From Chitinophagales bacterium (lineage in GTDB: Bacteria; Bacteroidota; Bacteroidia; Chitinophagales; UBA8649), in contig JACJYT010000008.1 in NCBI GenBank assembly GCA_020635975.1, positions 2,443 to 66,442 of the forward strand: DNA of 64,000 nucleotides, given 5' to 3'. A program made the translations under genes and the position numbers. Of the stretch, positions 53,001 through 62,258 are shown piece by piece. Under the pieces are notes generated by a model that saw nothing but the letters and a program-made list of their open reading frames with translations, was not told the origin of the DNA and ran no database searches. Every line of letters starts with the position of its first letter. Position 1 is the first letter of the stretch.

Positions 53001-53135
53001 AGAAACTATTTATGGCTGAATATCGACTATGCTCAAGCTGGTGTAGGGGGCGATAATTCTTGGGGTCGAAAAGCCTATCCCCAATACTTGCTCAAGGCTG
53101 GTAAATATTCTTTGAAATACTATATTCGGCCTTAG
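50025..53135 (+). CDS. glycoside hydrolase family 2 beta-galactosidase
   Basis: NAIRTSHYPN, WSVGNETG (acid/base Glu region) and IWIEYAHAMGNSSGN (nucleophile region, compare E. coli LacZ ILCEYAHAMGNS). 1036 aa with a signal peptide. Confidence 0.9.
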   Translation: MKKFLILPLLFSAFFSKAQYSYIENPVLFQENKCDAHAFFLFDTQSELREFTKNPNYLLLNGVWKFHHANTPEERPRDFYLPAYDVSAWEDLPVPGNWQLFGYDYPIYTNWKYPFKPDKPKVPRDFNPVGSYKYSFTLYDDFNPQENNLRLHLGGVNSCFFLWLNGSYVGYSEDSKLPSEFDVAQYLQMGKNDLAIEVYRYCDGSYLEDQDMWRLSGIERDVFLYKVPQVEIYDYTLSASLDSSYRNGILNLEVELHSESSRKSKVNVRLRILDEDSLLLTRFATCVLDEGLGAITDEFRTLKEKLNFEAVLENISPWSAENPSLYTLKIDLLNEENELIQTIDQKFGFKKLEIKNGIFLINGDTALIKGLNRHEHDAKWGHATGYAPYAFNLEDMRQDLELIKSLNFNAIRTSHYPNHPAFYDLCDELGIYVCDEANVEGHYYMMFKPFNNLAKDADFKEAILSRIKNMYERDKNHTSIIMWSVGNETGTGPTMVEAYAMLKSLDPERPVFNERHFFLNWIKTKHSDFNGNMYAPIKKVKKIIAKDKERPFIWIEYAHAMGNSSGNLKELWDFIREEKQVQGGFVWDWRDQGLWKKDENGRAFLAYGGHFEAKGVANDQNFCANGLLSSDGKLHPGASAFKNIQSAIQLEQINDTTYRLLNEHSSEDLENIELWANWRQLNGFGHFESIKGLHCAALSDTVFVFKTHEEASYINFFVHHKGEVYSQTFELNKMQIPALERDSLEANFAVEHCNKRLCISNEKLRLELDSQGYLHNFSFEDKVVFIEGPRASFWRASTDNDYGNGAPKRLAYWRDAADKSNLSRLRLGESKTHYFIVATYKLPKGKGKIIYNYKIYPDGELEVQIDFELKKGKEIPKIGSYLKLPKDYDFVEYLGYGPDENYSDRKLGQWFGEHYINMRSKPQYNIAPQEFPYIRPQEYGNRTEVYYMNLLAPKDTIALLGQSFNFSTWNHSLEDLDEGKEKLGKTSIEIPDRNYLWLNIDYAQAGVGGDNSWGRKAYPQYLLKAGKYSLKYYIRP

Positions 53136-54781
53136 TATTCGGCATCATAATCATAGCCATCTTCCAATATCCTCGGCTTGGCTTGGTAAAGACTATCAAA
53201 AAGACTTCTCTCCGCTTCATAGAGTTCACTCTTAATGCCGCTTAGGCTTTGGATGGAATGAAATAAATCGTCGCTCACATAGGCTACATTAGTGCGAGTT
53301 TCGAGCCAAGAGTGGAGCGCCTCATTTTTGCTCTTAAAGCTAGGGGAGAACCAAAGTATAAATGGAATTTCTACATTGGCTTTAGGTAGCTTGCCACTAT
53401 AATCATGACCCATATTTTTGCCTTCATCGTATACGTTCTCGCCATGATCGCCAAGGTATAAGGCAAAACTAGGATTTTGCTCATTCTTTTCTAGAGAGCG
53501 AAGCAAGCTGTCTAACACAAAATCGTTGTACAAAATCGAGTTGTCGTAATGTGCTATAATCTCCTCTTTTTCTGTTGCAGCATTAAACAAATTAAAAGTA
53601 GAGGGATATCTCTTTTTATAACTTACATGGTTGCCCATTAAATGAAGGATAATTAATTTCTTATCGTAGTCTGCCTTCAAAGCTTCTTGAAAAGGAAGAA
53701 AAAGACGTTCATCGTAAGAGGCGTTATTGTTGGCATCGAGAGAATTATTCGTGGTGTTATTTACAAAAATCTTATGGTCGGATTTATTAGCAAACTTAGT
53801 TATTATATTGTCCCAAACTCCAATAGGACTTTGGTTCGAAATCCAATAAGTTTCATAGCCAGCAGAATGGAAAATATCGATCAAATCAACACTTTCATTT
53901 ACTGGTATTGGATTTTCGACATTCGAATTACTGAGCATTGCGAGAACAGAACTTATGGTATTAGAATAGCCAGATACTACATTGCTAAAACATAGTAAAT
54001 CCTGTCTTTGCGTAAGCAAGGGGTTAGTATTTCTATGATAAGCATACAAACTCATGTGGTTTCTATTGCAGGATTCTCCAATAATTAAGACCACAGTTTG
54101 CTGGTTTAGGCTAAGATCAAAACTGATATTCACCTTTCTCGCTGCAGTACTTTGCATTGCTTCCTCATAAGTTTTCATTTCCGTAAGAAAAGATGCTAGT
54201 GTACTAACTACGGGTGGAATACCTTTTCTTATCAATCGATTTTTGTACCAATTCTCCCCAATAAAGGCCAAAGAAATTAGGGCTACCATAAGAAGGGCGA
54301 GCTTAGAAATATTCTCTTTCTTGGGCGTTTGAATCTTCCATAAATTATAAACAAAAAGGGCAATAAAGGGGAGGAGTGCTAGCAGTCCATAGGGCTCCTT
54401 TACTAAGAGTATTTCTAAACTTTCTGAACTTTCTGAAGGATTGGTATTTACCAGAGCTATTAGGCTTAAAACACTTATCGGACCCTTTAACAAACTCCAA
54501 TGAATAATTTCTAAACTTCCAGTGATAAAGTAGAAGCATGCGGCTAGCCGATAGATCCATTTTTTTTGAAAAAGTAAATAGGATAAGGTGAAAAATGGTA
54601 GCCATACTAATTGGATAAGAATATTTCTAGAATCTGCTAAATCTGCATTGATTAAATAGCTTAGTAATATGGGAAAGAGCACTAAGCTTACTAGCAAAGG
54701 AGGATAAACTTGCTGAAGAAAAATTAATATTGCTCTGAATACTCTCAACACTGCCACTAGATTTAAAGTAAAATTAAACAA
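53132..54781 (-). CDS. phosphoethanolamine transferase (sulfatase-superfamily, EptA-like)
   Basis: N-terminal polytopic membrane region. The sulfatase-like domain has LIIGESCNRNHMSLYAY and HLMGNHVSYKKRYP. TTG start, with no ATG until far downstream. Confidence 0.75.
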   Translation of the reverse strand: MFNFTLNLVAVLRVFRAILIFLQQVYPPLLVSLVLFPILLSYLINADLADSRNILIQLVWLPFFTLSYLLFQKKWIYRLAACFYFITGSLEIIHWSLLKGPISVLSLIALVNTNPSESSESLEILLVKEPYGLLALLPFIALFVYNLWKIQTPKKENISKLALLMVALISLAFIGENWYKNRLIRKGIPPVVSTLASFLTEMKTYEEAMQSTAARKVNISFDLSLNQQTVVLIIGESCNRNHMSLYAYHRNTNPLLTQRQDLLCFSNVVSGYSNTISSVLAMLSNSNVENPIPVNESVDLIDIFHSAGYETYWISNQSPIGVWDNIITKFANKSDHKIFVNNTTNNSLDANNNASYDERLFLPFQEALKADYDKKLIILHLMGNHVSYKKRYPSTFNLFNAATEKEEIIAHYDNSILYNDFVLDSLLRSLEKNEQNPSFALYLGDHGENVYDEGKNMGHDYSGKLPKANVEIPFILWFSPSFKSKNEALHSWLETRTNVAYVSDDLFHSIQSLSGIKSELYEAERSLFDSLYQAKPRILEDGYDYDAEY

Positions 54782-54892
54782 TTTTTATTGTCTCTATTCT
54801 AAACTTATTTCAGACTTGAAAGACCATTAGATTAGGCCTATTTCAACTAGCTTAAAGTCCTTATTAAAGACAGTATATTCAGAATTAATCCC

Positions 54893-54900
54893 TATCTTTG
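54893..54900 (+). promoter_or_regulatory. putative -7 box TATCTTTG
   Basis: TAnnTTTG match 38 nt upstream of ATG 54939. Confidence 0.35.
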
Positions 54901-54938
54901 CCGCTCGAAATTTAAAATCACCTAAATCATAATTCATC

Positions 54939-56570
54939 ATGCTTACAGCAAATAATATTTCTTTACAATTTGGAAAACGAGTACTATTCGACGAAGTGAA
55001 TGTTCAATTCACCAAAGGTAATTGCTACGGCATTATAGGGGCGAATGGTGCGGGAAAATCGACTTTCCTAAAAATATTAACTGGTGAGCAAGACCCCACA
55101 AGCGGTTCGGTAGAATTGGAAGCTGGAGCTCGTTTATCGGTACTAAAACAAAATCATTTCGCCTACGACAATTATAGTGCTCTTGAAACAGTGATCATGG
55201 GGCACACGGTACTTTATGCCATCATGAAAGAAAAGGATGCTCTTTATGCTAAGGAGGATTTTACGGAAGAAGATGGTATCAAGGCTGGCGATTTGGAAGC
55301 AGAGTTTGCCGATTTAAATGGTTGGAATGCAGAAAGTGATGCTTCGGAATTGTTAAGCAATCTTGGAATTTCGAAAGAAAAACAAGAAAAATTAATGTCT
55401 GATCTTACTGCTAATGAAAAAATTCGTGTTCTATTAGCTCAAGCTATTTTTGGTGATCCAGATGTGTTAGTACTAGATGAGCCTACCAATGATTTGGATG
55501 TAGAAACTATTTCGTGGTTAGAGAATTTTTTAGCAGATTATCAAAATACAGTGATTGTAGTTTCGCACGACAGACACTTTTTAGATGCGGTTTGTACGCA
55601 TGTTGCAGATATTGATTTTGGAAAAATCCAGCTATTCACAGGTAATTATAGTTTTTGGTATGAGAGTTCTCAATTGATTCTTTCTCAAAGAGCATCTAAA
55701 AACAAGAAGGCTGAAGAAAAAATTAAAGAGTTAAAAGACTTTATTGCTCGTTTCAGCGCGAATGCTGCAAAGAGTAAGCAAGCGACAAGTAGAAAGAAGG
55801 CCTTAGATAAGATTAATGTAGATGAAATGAAGGCCTCTAGCAGAAAGTATCCAGCTATTATTTTCATGCAAGAAAGAGAATTGGGAAATCAAATTTTGCA
55901 ATTATTTGATTTGGGCTATGAGAAGGATGGCGAGGTATTATTTTCTGGACTTAACTTAAATTTGACGAAAGGAGACAAAGTGGGTGTTATATCTAGAGAT
56001 AGTCGCGCTGTAGATGCTTTTTATAAAATTTTAAGCGGAGAATTAAAGCCTACATCGGGAAGATTTGAGTGGGGAGTTACTGTTAAACACGCCTACCTGC
56101 CAAACGAAAATTCCGAATTTTTTGAAGGCAATGATGCCAACCTTATTGATTGGTTGCGTCAATATAGTACAAACAAAGAAGAAGCTTTTGTAAGAGGCTT
56201 CTTAGGTAAGATGTTGTTTACGGGTGAAGAAAGTTTCAAAAGCGTTAAGGTACTTTCGGGAGGGGAGAAAGTTCGTTGTATGGTTTCTAGAATCATGTTG
56301 CAACAAGCTAATGTTATCCTTTTAAACGAGCCTACTTCGCATCTAGATTTAGAGTCTATTACGGCCTTCAATAATGGTGTGAAAGATTTTCAAGGAGTAG
56401 CCTTACTTACCACCCAAGATCACCATTTTATGCAAACCTCTACCAATAGAATATTTGAATTTGGTCCGAATGGCTGCATCGATAAACAGTTTACCACTTT
56501 CGACGATTATATAAGTGATGATGCCAATAAAGCAAGAAGAGAAGCCTTATACCAAGGCGTAAAAATATAG
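54939..56570 (+). CDS. ABC-F (YbiT-like) ATPase with degenerate second nucleotide-binding site
   Basis: NBD1 has Walker A GANGAGKST and Walker B VLVLDEPTNDLD. The linker is RFSANAAKSKQATSRKKALDKI. NBD2 has signature LSGGEKVR, but its Walker A region reads GVISRDSRAV and its Walker B reads ILLNEP. Confidence 0.85.
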   Translation: MLTANNISLQFGKRVLFDEVNVQFTKGNCYGIIGANGAGKSTFLKILTGEQDPTSGSVELEAGARLSVLKQNHFAYDNYSALETVIMGHTVLYAIMKEKDALYAKEDFTEEDGIKAGDLEAEFADLNGWNAESDASELLSNLGISKEKQEKLMSDLTANEKIRVLLAQAIFGDPDVLVLDEPTNDLDVETISWLENFLADYQNTVIVVSHDRHFLDAVCTHVADIDFGKIQLFTGNYSFWYESSQLILSQRASKNKKAEEKIKELKDFIARFSANAAKSKQATSRKKALDKINVDEMKASSRKYPAIIFMQERELGNQILQLFDLGYEKDGEVLFSGLNLNLTKGDKVGVISRDSRAVDAFYKILSGELKPTSGRFEWGVTVKHAYLPNENSEFFEGNDANLIDWLRQYSTNKEEAFVRGFLGKMLFTGEESFKSVKVLSGGEKVRCMVSRIMLQQANVILLNEPTSHLDLESITAFNNGVKDFQGVALLTTQDHHFMQTSTNRIFEFGPNGCIDKQFTTFDDYISDDANKARREALYQGVKI

Positions 56571-56572
56571 TT

Positions 56573-57199
56573 ATGAGCGAGTCTTTGCTAGTTACCGTTT
56601 TACCCTTTGTTTTGATGCCCTTGCTTACAGTAGTAATTGTTTATTTTGCTATTAAGATGGAGCGTAAGCAAATGAATAAAGTGATCAACTTTTATAAGTT
56701 GTATGCAGATAAATTCGGCTTAGCTTATTTTCCCGAATCTAAAGGTATCTTGTGGAATTACACCTATCCCTATGTTTATGGGAAATTAGATAATTTTGAA
56801 ATCAAGCTATATTCCTACAAAACAGGAGGTAAAAACAAAACAACCTATACTGACCTGAGTATTTATTATCAAGGCAATTTAGAGGAATTTAAAATTGCTA
56901 GAAATAAACTATTTCAGAAGATAGGTAAGGCCTTTGGAGCACAAGATATTGTTATAGGAAATCCAGAGTTGGACGAGCTCTATGTATTTAAATCTAAGGA
57001 TGAAGCTTTTTTACAGGGGCTAATCGATAGGGATGTTCAAGAGTTATTGATTCACCTTAAGTCCTTTATTGTTTTTCCTTTAGAAGCTAAGAAAGGTCGT
57101 TTTAATCATAGTCTTATAGGGCATATGGATACGGAACAAAAGCTAGAAAATTTTGAAAAATTGACTGTACTTATGTTGAAGATTTTGAAAAAAATCTAA
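56573..57199 (+). CDS. hypothetical membrane-anchored protein
   Basis: ORF with one N-terminal TM helix, starting 3 nt after the ABC-F stop. No motif recognised. Confidence 0.5.
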   Translation: MSESLLVTVLPFVLMPLLTVVIVYFAIKMERKQMNKVINFYKLYADKFGLAYFPESKGILWNYTYPYVYGKLDNFEIKLYSYKTGGKNKTTYTDLSIYYQGNLEEFKIARNKLFQKIGKAFGAQDIVIGNPELDELYVFKSKDEAFLQGLIDRDVQELLIHLKSFIVFPLEAKKGRFNHSLIGHMDTEQKLENFEKLTVLMLKILKKI

Positions 57200-57204
57200 G
57201 CAAG

Positions 57205-58332
57205 TCAATTACCTTCTTCCAAAAGCTTAGAACTTAATATTTCTCCGAGTTTACTACCTATGGCAACGCCCATGCCGCCTAAACGAACGCCTGCCCAAAG
57301 GCCTTGACTAAGACGTTCAACAAAGGGTAGTTTGTTTCTTCCAAAAGCCATAATGCCTGTCCAACGCATGGCAATTTTTACTTCATGCTTCGGACAAATA
57401 AGCGTCTTTAATTTTGTTTCTAAGTCCTGCTGGATTTTAGAATTCAGTGCAAAGTCATTGGTTTTTTCGGCTTCAAAATCCATGTTCCTTCCACCACCAA
57501 ATAACACCCTTCCTTCTATTTCCCTGAAATAATAATAACCGCTATCAAAATGAAAGATACCTTTTAGTTTTAAGTTTGGAATCTTCTCCGTTACGAGTAC
57601 TTGTCCACGTCCAGGCTCCAAATCTAAGTCTGGCAAAAAAGTTTTTGTAAAAGCATTGGTGCAAAGCACCACATTGTCTGCTGTTAAACTAAACTCTTGC
57701 CCTTCAATAAAAACATGAACGCTAGAACTATCCTCTTCTATTCGATTTACCTTAGCTAGAGTTTTGTATTCAACTCCCAAACTTTGTGCTTTTAGAATTA
57801 AGTTCTTCATCATTTTTCCGGTATGTATGGAACCTTCTACTTGATTAAACACGAGGGCTTTTACATCGGAACTAAAACCAAAATTTGCTTCTTTTAGAGA
57901 TTTTTCGCTAAAGGTATTCTCTCCAAAATTAGGTGCTAAAATTTGATTGAGTTTTGGGATTTGATCTAGTAAAGGAAGCTCGTGCTCAAAAAGTAACTCG
58001 TGACTGCCACTAGCTTGATAATCCATGTTTTTATCGCCTAAGTTCTTTCTTAGCAAATTTAGGCCTTCCCTTCGTAACTTACTCAAGGCGATAAGCTCTT
58101 CTTCACTATGATTTTCTAAATCTGCGAGCATCTCGCTTAAACTTCCCACACAAGCAAAACCGGCATTTTTAGTGCTCGCTCCGGTAGGCAAAAGACCAGC
58201 CTCTACTACAAGTACACTTGCTTTAGGATTTTTTTTCTTTAATTCTATAGCGGTAGAAAAACCCACTATACCACCACCAACAATAAGGTAATTATAGTGA
58301 AGGAAGCTTGATTTTTCCCAAAAAGAAAGCAT
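57205..58332 (-). CDS. FAD-dependent oxidoreductase (DAO family)
   Basis: YLIVGGGIVGFSTAIEL dinucleotide-binding motif. Its start overlaps the upstream stop by 1 nt (TAATG). Confidence 0.75.
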   Translation of the reverse strand: MLSFWEKSSFLHYNYLIVGGGIVGFSTAIELKKKNPKASVLVVEAGLLPTGASTKNAGFACVGSLSEMLADLENHSEEELIALSKLRREGLNLLRKNLGDKNMDYQASGSHELLFEHELPLLDQIPKLNQILAPNFGENTFSEKSLKEANFGFSSDVKALVFNQVEGSIHTGKMMKNLILKAQSLGVEYKTLAKVNRIEEDSSSVHVFIEGQEFSLTADNVVLCTNAFTKTFLPDLDLEPGRGQVLVTEKIPNLKLKGIFHFDSGYYYFREIEGRVLFGGGRNMDFEAEKTNDFALNSKIQQDLETKLKTLICPKHEVKIAMRWTGIMAFGRNKLPFVERLSQGLWAGVRLGGMGVAIGSKLGEILSSKLLEEGN

Positions 58333-59864
58333 TAGTTCTTGTCAATTTGCATTACCACGGCTGCTACGGTATTTGGACTCAAATTGCCTGCAAAGCTAAT
58401 GGTGTTTCCTGGTTTGAAGCTTAGGCCACTCATCATTTTATTGGCAAGTGCTGAATTCAATTTTTCTTGGTAAGTTGAACCAGGAGCTTTGTTGATAGCG
58501 CTATTCAAGGCATTGTAATCGAGCGGCGAAGATGAAATTACTACCGCCATAAAATCTTGAGAACCAATATTATCTGCTTCCATAGAATAGTCGCTAGGAA
58601 AAAGTCGGGTTCCCGTTATACCACAATAAGGCGAGTGTTTGGCGGTATAAGGAAACAAAACATAAGAGCTTTTATCGCTTTCCATTCCGAAAATATAGGT
58701 ATAGCATTCGGCATTATTGCGCACTTCTATTTTGAACTGATCTCCAATTTTAATTGGCTTGCTCGTTCTAAACAAATTGCCATTTACTTGTTCAAATGCT
58801 ATGTTTTTTTCATCGGTATTTTTCACTAAACCAAAGTCAACCTCTAACTGACTTACCTTTGCTTCTTTTGCATTTCCCATAGGGTAGAGGCCGTATGCCT
58901 CTTTCGTAAAGTGGTAGAAGTCTTGATAAGAAATAAAGAAAACTCCTTTGTTTCCCCATTCTTCGCCCCAAGAGTTCATAATTTCAAAAGAGCCTCCATT
59001 TTTATCGTCGTCATAGCCAATTACGCAAAGAGCATGACCACCAAAACCATTCATATAATAGTCAGTCTGACTTGGCTTCCATGTGCTTTTGCCCATCATG
59101 TCCGACATAAAACTTCCCCCAACCATCATTCCTACTACCACCGGTGCGCCTTGGGCTAAATTTTGTTTTATGGCAAGCATATCCACTTTGTAATCGTTGC
59201 CACTTTTTGTTAAGCGATTAAAACCTTTAGTTTTATAGGCAGACATTTGGTTATAATCTTGATTATCGGGCATTATGCTACAAGTAGTTTCATCGTAGGG
59301 GAACTCATTAAAGGGAAGAACACCTTTGTTTTTCATGGTTTCCATAGCATTTTGAATGTAAGCACCCTGACAGCCAGGTAATTTAATTTGATTATAGAGA
59401 GAAGACGGGCTAAAAGCCACTGAGTTTGGCGATTTTCCTGTTTGTCTTGCATAAAGTATGGTTCGAGCAGCATACGAACTAGACCAACCTACACAAGATC
59501 CTTGCTGCCCTTGATTAAGTCGCTTCGGACAAAATTCTAACAAGCTAACTTGAGCAGGAAGAGGATTTTTTACATTATCTGCAAGAGCTTCAAATACCTC
59601 CGCTTGATCATAAACAGCTTCATCAAACTTTCCTCCAGTCTGAAATACGGCGCTTGTGGTTTCTGCAAATTGTTGAGGTCCAGCTATAAAATAATAGGCT
59701 GCTCCAAGAACAAGTACCAGTAGAAGCAACTTAGGATTTTTTAATAAAAGTGGTAGGAGAGCAGTGAGGCAACCACTTCCAGGATTTCCACCTCCACCAC
59801 CAATATTAGGGATCTTATTACCGCCGGTATTAGCGCTTTTATCTTTTACCATTCTTATGGGCAT
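58332..59864 (-). CDS. membrane-anchored C1 (papain-like) cysteine peptidase with C-terminal DUF4384-like domain
   Basis: Gly-rich N-terminus followed by a TM helix. Catalytic Cys context QGQQGSCVGWSS, His context GGHALCVIGYDD, and NSWGEEWGNKG. The C-terminus KIGDQFKIEVRNNAECYTYIFGMESDKSSYVLFP is DUF4384-like. Confidence 0.75.
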   Translation of the reverse strand: MPIRMVKDKSANTGGNKIPNIGGGGGNPGSGCLTALLPLLLKNPKLLLLVLVLGAAYYFIAGPQQFAETTSAVFQTGGKFDEAVYDQAEVFEALADNVKNPLPAQVSLLEFCPKRLNQGQQGSCVGWSSSYAARTILYARQTGKSPNSVAFSPSSLYNQIKLPGCQGAYIQNAMETMKNKGVLPFNEFPYDETTCSIMPDNQDYNQMSAYKTKGFNRLTKSGNDYKVDMLAIKQNLAQGAPVVVGMMVGGSFMSDMMGKSTWKPSQTDYYMNGFGGHALCVIGYDDDKNGGSFEIMNSWGEEWGNKGVFFISYQDFYHFTKEAYGLYPMGNAKEAKVSQLEVDFGLVKNTDEKNIAFEQVNGNLFRTSKPIKIGDQFKIEVRNNAECYTYIFGMESDKSSYVLFPYTAKHSPYCGITGTRLFPSDYSMEADNIGSQDFMAVVISSSPLDYNALNSAINKAPGSTYQEKLNSALANKMMSGLSFKPGNTISFAGNLSPNTVAAVVMQIDKN

Positions 59865-59973
59865 AATCGTTCATTTAGGGTGTAAAAAAACAAAGTTACA
59901 TTTTTTAGCTAAAGCCATTAATAGCGGATGCACATTAACAAAACAATTTGGACATAATTATTATATTTGATCT

Positions 59974-60897
59974 ATGATATCCGTAAAAAATTTAAGTCAT
60001 GATTATTATAAATATCGTGCCTTACAAAATATAGATGTTGAGTTTAAAAAACATGCTATAACCGCCCTGGTTGGTCCGAATGGTGCAGGTAAAACTACCT
60101 TAATTAAATGTATGGTTGGCTTGATGAAACCAACGCAAGGTAAGGTTTTTATAGATGATATTAATGTTTACGAGCAACCTCGAGAAGCCCATCGAAAATT
60201 GGCCTACTTACCTGATTTTTTTGGTTTGTATGATAATTTGACCGTAAAACAACATTTGCAATATGCAGCGGGCTGCCATGCGATGGATGCAAGTTTGGTA
60301 GATGAAGCTATTCAAAGAACGATAGATCAAATAGCCCTTGGCGATAAATTAAATGAAAAAGCTATAGCGCTTTCTCGCGGTATGCGCCAACGCTTAGCTA
60401 TTGGTCAAGCCATTATATCTAGACCCGATTATTTGGTGTTAGATGAGCCTGCCTCAGGCTTAGATCCGGAAGCGAGATTGAGTTTAAGTAAACTCTTTTT
60501 GAAACTGCGAGATGATGGGATGAGCTTAATCATCTCCTCGCATATTCTAGCGGAATTGGAGGAATATGCTACGGAGCTTGTTGTAATTCGTGATGGTGTT
60601 TTATTTGAGGATAAAGCTAGCTCTCGCTTCGATAATGTGGAAGTAGAAAATGTAGTTGGCTTGCTTATTTCTTGCTTAGATGATACAGCAGGTTTAATTG
60701 CTAGTGTTAAGGCTTATGCCCCAGAGCTTCAATTGCAAGAAGAAAGGAGAGGTGTTCGAATTTGGTTTTCTGACGACAAAGATAAGCAAGTTGCTTTACT
60801 GCGGTATTTAGTGGAAAAGGGCCATAAGATTTTTCATTTTGAAGCGATGGAGAAAAGAATGCAGGATAAATATTTTGAAAGTATAGAAAATAAGTAA
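59974..60897 (+). CDS. ABC transporter ATP-binding protein (ABC-2 exporter type, with C-terminal extension)
   Basis: Walker A GPNGAGKTT, signature LSRGMRQR, Walker B LVLDEPASGLD. Confidence 0.85.
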   Translation: MISVKNLSHDYYKYRALQNIDVEFKKHAITALVGPNGAGKTTLIKCMVGLMKPTQGKVFIDDINVYEQPREAHRKLAYLPDFFGLYDNLTVKQHLQYAAGCHAMDASLVDEAIQRTIDQIALGDKLNEKAIALSRGMRQRLAIGQAIISRPDYLVLDEPASGLDPEARLSLSKLFLKLRDDGMSLIISSHILAELEEYATELVVIRDGVLFEDKASSRFDNVEVENVVGLLISCLDDTAGLIASVKAYAPELQLQEERRGVRIWFSDDKDKQVALLRYLVEKGHKIFHFEAMEKRMQDKYFESIENK

Positions 60898-60898
60898 T

Positions 60899-62239
60899 AT
60901 GAATTTGACGGAACTTAAAAAGAATGTTTGGCTATACTTTAGCAAGGCTAGTTTTATAGGTATTGTAGTAGTTTATTTTCTTGCTTTGTTTCTAACCACG
61001 AGTATAAGTGATGAGAGCACTTCTGGAAATATTTACGCTATTAGTATTGGTTTTTTTATTGTGATTACCAGTATTTGGGGAAGTTTTTCGCTATCCAATG
61101 CGCTCCTTTCTGAGCTAAGGAATAGAACTTGGGTTTATCAGAAAATGTCGGCTATATCTGCCTTAGATATGTCCTTTGGAAAGTTATTTGGACCTACAGC
61201 CATGCATTGGCTGGTAGGTGCTATCTTTTTAAGTATAGCCACTTTAGCAAGCTTTAGTAGTCGAGATCATTCCCTTTTATCTCTCTTTCATTTATTCTTG
61301 GGAACCCTCTTTTTGCACGCCTCTTCTTTAGTTTTGAGTCTCTTGGTAGTGCGACAAAAGCAAGACTCTCCAGATACCACAAATTTAAGTGGCAGGCCAT
61401 TTTTATTAATTGCTTTTTTCTTGATTTTAAAGGCAATTGCGTCGAGCTTTAAAACAGATTTAAACGATTTTACTTGGTATGGACTAGCTATAAATTCAGA
61501 CTTTTTTGAAACGCTTAGTCTCCTTGTTTTTGCAATTTGGGCAATTCTGGGGGTCTATAGAAATATGAGAGAAGAATTACAATATCAGAATTTGCCAAAT
61601 TATTGGGTGGCATTTAATGTTTTTGTAGTGTTTTATTTTTCTGGTTTGGTTTTTAAAGAGGTACATGACGGAGTTTATACTGTTTTTAATGGTTTGTTTG
61701 CTTTTGCCTTTGCAATGCATGTACTTCTTACTGTATTAACTTTATTTTTAGAACCCATTAATTTTATGGATTATCTGCAATTTTTTAAAAATTGGGGAAA
61801 GAAGTCTTGGGAGAAAATATATGCCAGCATGCCGCTATGGGTCTTCTCTTTGGCTTTCAGTTTTGTCTTATGCTTGGTACTAAGTTTACAAATGCTAGTA
61901 GATAAATCTTTGAATTTGGGTGAAGAAGAGTCTTATTCTTTTTTATACCCTTTGGTGGCTTTTATGTTCTTATTAAAAAGCCTTTTAGTGAATTTATACT
62001 TGCACCTCAAGCAAACTAAGAAAGCTAATTTCGTATGGTTCTTGTATTTAGCTCTATGGTACGGTTTATTACCAGCAACTATAGGTGGTTTATTTTCTGC
62101 TTATGGGCTCTTTTTATTTTACCCCGCTAATGTAATCTTAAGTGGCAGCGCAAGCGTTTTCTATGTGCTTTTTATGCTGTGGCTAATTCGAAAAGAATTG
62201 AAAAATGGAGAAGCTTCTGAGCTAATTAAAAGCGCTTAA
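60899..62239 (+). CDS. polytopic membrane protein, probable permease partner of the preceding ABC ATPase
   Basis: 446 aa with at least 10 hydrophobic segments. Starts 2 nt after the ATPase stop. No family motif recognised. Confidence 0.55.
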   Translation: MNLTELKKNVWLYFSKASFIGIVVVYFLALFLTTSISDESTSGNIYAISIGFFIVITSIWGSFSLSNALLSELRNRTWVYQKMSAISALDMSFGKLFGPTAMHWLVGAIFLSIATLASFSSRDHSLLSLFHLFLGTLFLHASSLVLSLLVVRQKQDSPDTTNLSGRPFLLIAFFLILKAIASSFKTDLNDFTWYGLAINSDFFETLSLLVFAIWAILGVYRNMREELQYQNLPNYWVAFNVFVVFYFSGLVFKEVHDGVYTVFNGLFAFAFAMHVLLTVLTLFLEPINFMDYLQFFKNWGKKSWEKIYASMPLWVFSLAFSFVLCLVLSLQMLVDKSLNLGEEESYSFLYPLVAFMFLLKSLLVNLYLHLKQTKKANFVWFLYLALWYGLLPATIGGLFSAYGLFLFYPANVILSGSASVFYVLFMLWLIRKELKNGEASELIKSA

Positions 62240-62258
62240 GAGCTCTATGTGTATAGCC

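Noticed and set aside
53132-53135. The 4-nt convergent overlap of the GH2 and EptA-like genes as a regulatory feature.
   Set aside because: Overlapping convergent stop codons are common in compact genomes. I saw no associated structure.
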